DNA from: an uncultured bacterium
GTDB lineage: Bacteria; Patescibacteriota; Gracilibacteria; Absconditabacterales; Absconditicoccaceae
Length of the DNA: 64,000 nucleotides
Assembly (NCBI GenBank): GCA_946611795.1
Contig: CAMOEC010000043.1
Span: forward strand, 60 to 64,059
Direction: 5' to 3'
The notes beneath the pieces were generated by a model. It ran no database searches. It was not told the origin of the DNA and saw nothing but the letters and a program-made list of their open reading frames with translations. Position 1 is the stretch's first letter. The number at the start of each line of letters is the position of its first letter. A program made the position numbers and the translations under genes. Shown piece after piece: positions 57,901 through 64,000 of this stretch.

Positions 57901-59562
57901 TTAGTACATTCCTCACATTCATCCCATACCTCACATTCCTCACATTCATGCATCTGCTGCATGATCATGATGATGTTCTTTTTCTGGTGCATCAACTACA
58001 ACTGTTTCTGTAGTTAAGAACATTGCAGCTGTAGAAACAGCATTTTCTAATGCAACTCTTAATACTTTTGCAGGGTCAATAATTCAAGCTTCAAAAAGGT
58101 CTTTAAATGTTCCTTCTCTTGCATCGAATCCGTAGTTTATATCTTCTGATTCTTTAACCTTTTCAACAACCCAATCTCATTTAAATCATGCATTATTTGC
58201 AATTTGTTTTACAGGGTATTGGATAGCATCTCTAACGATGTTTACTGCAACTTGTTCATCAGCATCTTCAAGTTTGAAGTCTTCAAGAACTTTTGATAGT
58301 TGTAATAGAACACTTCCTCCTCATGCAACAATTCCTTCTTCAATAGCAGCTCTAGTAGCATTAAGAGCATCTTCAATCTTGTATTTCTTATTTTTCATTT
58401 CCATTTCTGTTGCAGCTCATACTTGAATAACAGCAACTCATCCAACTAATTTTGCTAATCTTTCAACTAGTTTTTCTTTATCATAATCTGATGTTGTCAT
58501 TCAAATTTGTGCTTTAATTTGATCAGCTCTTTCGTTTATTTTTGCTTGATCTCATTTACCGTCAACGATAACAGTATTATCTTTTGTAGAAATAACTTTG
58601 TCAGCTTTTCCTAACATATCAATTGTTGCGTCTTCGAGTTTAATTCATAATTCTTCTGTAATAAGTGTGGCTCATGTCACAGTTGCAATATCACGTAACA
58701 TTTCCTTCTTTCTGTCACCGAATCCTGGTGCTTTTACAGTAAGTACATTTAGCATTCATCTAATTCTATTGAGTACAAGTGATGCTAATGCTTCTCAATC
58801 AACATCATCTGCAATAATTACGATGTCTTTTTTACCAGTGCTTGCAATTGCTTCAAGTACTTGAAGTATTTCTTTAATTGAAGATATTTTTTTATCTGTA
58901 ACAAGGATATATGGTTTTTCTATTACAGCTTCCATTCTTTGTGTATCAGTAACAAAGTATGGACTTGAGTATCATTGATCAAATTGCATACCTGTTTTGA
59001 TTTCTTTTGTTAATCATAGAGATTTACCTTCTTCTACAGTGATTGTTCAATCTTTACCAATTTCTTCAAAAACATCAGCAATAAGATTTCAAACTTCTTC
59101 ATCTTGTGCTGAAATAGTAGCAACTTGTCTAATTTTTTCTTTACTATCTCATATTTTTCTTGCTTTCTTTTCTATTTCTTCAACGAGTCTATCAACTGCT
59201 TTATGAAGTCATTTTCATAGAGAGAATGGATTTACTCATGATCTGATATATCTTAATCATTCTTTTGACATTGCTTCTGCAAGAACAACAGTTGTTGTAG
59301 TTCAATCTCAAGCTTCTTTATTAGTTTTTTCAGCAGCTTCTTTAATCATGCTTGCTCAAATATTTTCAGTTTTTCATTCAAGATCAATTTCTTTTGCTAC
59401 TGTAACTCCATCATTTGTTACAATTGGTCATGAGAAACCTCTTTCAAGAATAACATTTCTTCATTTTGGTCACATTGTTACTTTTACAGCATCTGCCACC
59501 ATTTCCATTCAAGAGAATATCTCTTTTCTTGCTTCGTCTCAGTATTTAATTTGTTTTGCCAT
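57901..59562 (-). CDS. groL: chaperonin GroEL
   Basis: [59 protein letters not shown]... is canonical. The C-terminal tail GMGGMGGMGGMGGMY is encoded as tga atg tga gga atg tga ggt atg gga tga atg tga gga atg tac. 554 codons, TAA at 57901-57903. Confidence 0.97.
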
Positions 59563-59594
59563 TTTTTTAAATTATTTAGTAAGTAAAAGTTTTT

Positions 59595-60260
59595 TTATCT
59601 TTCGTCTAGTATTTCAGATAATCTAAGAAGTGCATCATTTGAACTTTTGAAATTTCATAATGAGTTGTATTGTACTGTTCTTGTATCTTTAGTGATTGTT
59701 TCAAATGGGTGTTTTGTACTATAAAGAAAGCTTATGAATTCTTCAATTGTGATATATGGTTTTGCATCATCAGTTATATTAGGTACACCATAATATCATA
59801 ATTCTCTTGCTTGAGTATAGTAGTTATATGCCCAATGTCATTCCTTTTTTTCTTTTTGCTCTCAGTCAATAATTCTCATTACAATAGCTACTGCTTCTTG
59901 TTTAGTTAATGTTCTTTTAGGAGCAATTTTTTTGTTAGATCAGCGTATGATTCAAAAGTTACATAATGCTTTTAAGTCATCTCTGTAATATAAATCTGCT
60001 GTATCGACATCTTTTGCTTCACATAGGTCTCATCTATATTCTTTTCTAGCTACATTATTGATGTAGTTTATTAATAGAGGAGCCACTGTTTCTCTTGTAA
60101 GATAATCGTTTTTTGTCTCTTTAATTCTGAGTGTGGTAATAACCCCTTCATCAAAAGCTCGGTTAAATGCTTCAGAACTTGGAGTACTTGCTAGGCTAAA
60201 ACATGGTAAAGTGAAGGTGAGTAGTAATGATAGGTTTAGAATTACTTTTTTCATCTTCAT
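59595..60260 (-). CDS. secreted protein with SLH-like segments, located between groES and groEL (221 aa)
   Basis: MKMKKVILNLSLLLTFTLPCFSLAS (signal peptide). LTRETVAPLLINYINNV and LTKQEAVAIVMRII resemble S-layer-homology-type helices. Frame verified. Start chosen as the first ATG after the groES stop. TAA at 59595-59597. Confidence 0.55.
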
Positions 60261-60277
60261 AAGTCTAGTGAGATAAA

Positions 60278-60577
60278 TTAGCCTTCTTTGGCCATAATAT
60301 AGCTTTGTTTCATTACGAGATATGTTTCTTTCTTTCAATCTTCTTCAACTTCTAGTTCATCGATTGAATATTTTGCAAAGTAAACAATATCTCCTACTTT
60401 AACATCAATTGGTGCTCTTGTTCCGTTTTCTAATATTTTTCAAGCACCGACTGCAACAACTTCTCATTTACTTGGTTTTTCTTTACTCTCAGGAAGAATT
60501 ATTCCAGATTTTGTTGTTGTCTCTTGATTGAGTGGTTTCACAACAATGTGGTCTTCCAATGGAATTAATTTTTTCAT
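60278..60577 (-). CDS. groS: co-chaperonin GroES
   Basis: MKKLIPLEDHIVVKPLNQETTTKSGIILPESKEKPSKGEVVAVGAGKILENGTRAPIDVKVGDIVYFAKYS... 100 codons, TAA at 60278-60280. Confidence 0.95.
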
Positions 60578-60695
60578 GTTTGTTTTTATGTATTAGGATA
60601 TAAAGCTGCATCTTGTGAAATGTATCACATAATTGATTTGGGTGCTATATTGTTATATTCAACTTGTTTAAAAATGCAAGTATTTGTTTATTTAA

Positions 60696-61280
60696 TTAAT
60701 CATCGCTGTCATCATAGTCATCAATACTTGGCATTTCCTCTAATCATGCTAGCTTTTTTTCATCTGCTTGGAATCCTCGGATTATTAATAACATTCCTAA
60801 GAATAGTAATCCAAGTCAAAGTAGAACATTAATAACTAGTAAAGTTAGGAATGCATTTGTTGCAAGGAACAATCAAAAGATAATTGATAATACTCCAAAT
60901 GCTAATAGCATCCATCGATTACTTATTCAATATTCTTTTGCATGAATTCAATCAATGATCATAAAGACTCATTTAACCATTCATCATATTCAAAGAAGTA
61001 CAATTGTTATTGATGCTATAATTTCTCATATTTCAGGAATACATAATAGTATGAATCATAAAAGAACTGCTAAGATTGAAATTATAAACAATGTTGTTCT
61101 ATGGTTATATTCTGGAGTTCTTCGTGTAACAAATAATCCAATTAGTCATGAGATAAGAATTTCAATACTTGATAGAATTATGATGATTCTAAGTGATAAG
61201 TTTGGTTGGAAAAATAATAGTAATCAGAATAGTATGAAAATAATTCAATTTATTCGGAAAAATGATTTTATCTTTAACAT
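60696..61280 (-). CDS. HdeD/DUF308-family membrane protein (194 aa)
   Basis: Six hydrophobic helices with repeated G-rich spacing (INGIIFILFGLLLFF, ILISGLIGLF, LAVLLGFILLCIP, VLLGIGGMVKGVFMII, LLAFGVLSIIFGLFL, LLGLGLLFLGMLLII) and an acidic tail DDYDDSDD. Confidence 0.6.
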
Positions 61281-61397
61281 TTTTGATTATATATAAAATA
61301 AATAATATTTAATAATGTAAACATTACCTGTTCTATTTCAATTGATTTCTTTAAAAAAAGAATAGTTATTTTTTATAACTATTCTTATAATGAGTTT

Positions 61398-62381
<984 letters not shown>

Positions 62382-62408
62382 TTTTTAAGAGCTATATTTT
62401 AAATTATT

Positions 62409-62819
62409 TTATTCTTCTGGAGTTTCTTTTCAGAATGTTTCAAGATTTATTTTTTCTCATTCGATTTCTAGTTGATCGAATTTTTTTTCAATTGCTTCTC
62501 AAAGGTATAGCCAAGTATCCATTCAATCAACTTCTTGAAGTTCTAATACATCTGGTGATTGAATAATTCAGATTTTTTTATTTCATTTTTGAATGAGATA
62601 ATTTAATTTTCAATTCATTCAACGTAATACTTTAATTGACCATCCTCTTACATCATATTCTCAAGGATAATCGATTACTGTTGCTTCTCATTCATTATAT
62701 CTCATATCTTCACCAATTTCTGATGATAGATTTATGAGAGAATTATGTGCATAAGTATATCAGAAGAAAAGTTCATTTTCGATTTGAAATCATCAATCTT
62801 GTTTAATTTGTACTGTCAT
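62409..62819 (-). CDS. hypothetical protein (136 aa)
   Basis: MTVQIKQDGGFQIENELFFGYTYAHNSLINLSSEIGEDMRYNEGEATVIDYPGEYDVRGWSIKVL... ATG at 62819, TAA at 62409-62411. No family recognised. Confidence 0.45.
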
Positions 62820-62856
62820 TTTTAGTGTTTTGAGATAAAATTAAATTGTATGCTTT

Positions 62857-63357
62857 TTATATGAAGAAGTTTGGATTAATAACTTTAAGTATTACTCATG
62901 AAGCTCATAGTAGAGCCATTCATGTTGCAACTCTTTTTAAAAGGTTGATTCATTTTGTGTATTTACTTGTGTCTGCTCAACTCATTGTCATTAGTACTCA
63001 TGACCAAATAATCATTATAAATGACATGAGAAGGATGATTGTCATTAATAAACTCATTAAAGCTCCGATGAGTTTTGGAAAAGCATTAATAGGCGTTGTA
63101 GCATTTTCATCTTTTTCAGTTGGTGAAGCTTTATATGTTTTAATACAGTTCCCAATGAATGGTATATTTGTATTAAGCTTTATTCACATACATGCTGGGG
63201 CTGTTACAACAGTTTCTTTTACTGGAGATGCTACACCATCATAGCAGTACCGTCATTCTTGTAATTCTTGTCCTCAACAAGTTTCAGCATTTGTGGAGTG
63301 CCCAGTGAACAGTAATAGTGAGATTATAAGGAACAGTAATATTCTTATTTTCTTCAT
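62857..63357 (-). CDS. T4SS-pilin-like (TrbC/VirB2-like) small secreted membrane protein, second copy
   Basis: Signal peptide MKKIRILLFLIISLLLFTGHSTNA, then a Cys-containing spacer. The C-terminal part reads FPKLIGALMSLLMTIILLMSFIMIIWSGVLMTMSGADTSKYTKGINLLKRVATGMALLGASGVILKVINPNFF, the typical two-helix T4SS_pilin layout. The plus-strand track ORF 62846-63244 is its antisense shadow. Confidence 0.55.
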
Positions 63358-63372
63358 TCCCAAAATTATTAA

Positions 63373-63813
63373 TTAAAGCATACTATTAATAATATCATTT
63401 ACTAGACTTCAATCTAGTTCACTTCTATGTCAAGCCATAAGTTCTTTCATAAGAAGTCATCTTCCTGTTTTTAAATCAGTGATTCCTTGTTTTTCTATAA
63501 TTTCTTTAATTAATTTTTCTGTTTGTTCACGATTAAGCATTTGTGGAAGATAGCTTTCAATAATGCTTTTCTTTTCCTGTTCTTCAGCTAATTCTTCTGG
63601 TTTATTTGCTTTTTCTAGGAATCCAAGACTTTCATTAAGAGCTTTAACTTCTTTTTTTAATATAGCAATAATTTCATCATCGTTAGGATCTCTTTGAAGT
63701 TCAATTTTCTTATTTTTGATTTGAGCAAGTACATAATTTAAAGCAGTCTTTTTTACTTCTTGCTTTTCTTTCATAGCTACTTTATAGTCTTCTAATATTT
63801 TTTCATAGAGCAT
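63373..63813 (-). CDS. GatB/YqeY domain protein
   Basis: MLYEKILEDYKVAMKEKQEVKKTALNYVLAQIKNKKIELQRDPNDDEIIAILKKEVKALNES... continues past the TGA at 63457 (…KTGRGLLMKELMAGHRSELDGSLVNDIINSML) to TAA at 63373-63375. Confidence 0.8.
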
Positions 63814-63894
63814 GATATTTATTTTATTGATAAAGTATGTTCTTAATTTATTTTTTATATGAAATCTTGCAAAAAATACAAATGGAAATTGTTG

Positions 63895-64000
63895 TTATTT
63901 TTTATTTTTTCATCAGTAGAGTATTTCCATAGTATTTTGTTTTAATTCTTCGTATCCTATTGCTTGATATTTAGGTATTCGTGTCTGTGCTATTAGGATA
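63895..64000 (-). CDS. 3' end of an unidentified gene (5' part outside window)
   Basis: The minus-strand frame reads ...ILIAQTRIPKYQAIGYEELKQNTMEILYGGKNKK then TAA at 63895-63897. It is too short to assign. Confidence 0.3.

Overview
This is an AT-rich bacterial chromosome segment that is only interpretable under genetic code 25 (TGA = Gly). That code is typical of Candidatus Absconditabacteria (SR1) and Gracilibacteria, both CPR lineages. The supplied standard-code ORF track is therefore badly fragmented. I re-translated both strands by hand with TGA = Gly and checked frames by coordinate arithmetic. This gives about 50 tightly packed genes.

Gene content:
- Housekeeping: the nusG end, rplK, rplA, queA, sufB, an AldA-like aldehyde dehydrogenase, hflX, trxB, an RsmB/F-type methyltransferase, tig, clpC, yigZ, 2-oxoacid:ferredoxin oxidoreductase alpha and beta subunits, mutL, tsaE, groES/groEL, trpS and a YqeY-like protein.
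- Transporters: a CPA2/Kef antiporter, a CDF exporter, an ABC ATPase and a semiSWEET.
- Many secreted or membrane hypotheticals.

Most unusual content:
1. A single uninterrupted minus-strand ORF of about 13.6 kb (4541 codons, 21750-35375). It is followed by a secreted protein and a T4SS-pilin-like gene.
2. A second giant ORF of about 8.9 kb (2978 codons, 45177-54113). It contains thrombospondin-type-3-like and PKD-like segments and dozens of CGNG...GE.CD cysteine-rich repeats, with near-identical internal duplications.
3. A 1.5 kb compositional island (about 42.43-43.94 kb) of three small monocistronic genes. They contain no in-frame TGA, use G/C-ending codons, each has its own promoter-like boxes and GC-rich terminator hairpin, and one ends at TGA as if it were a stop.
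4. An extra secreted-protein gene wedged between groES and groEL.

I recognised no rRNA, tRNA, CRISPR array, transposase or integrase. All coordinates come from manual reading and should be re-derived computationally with translation table 25.
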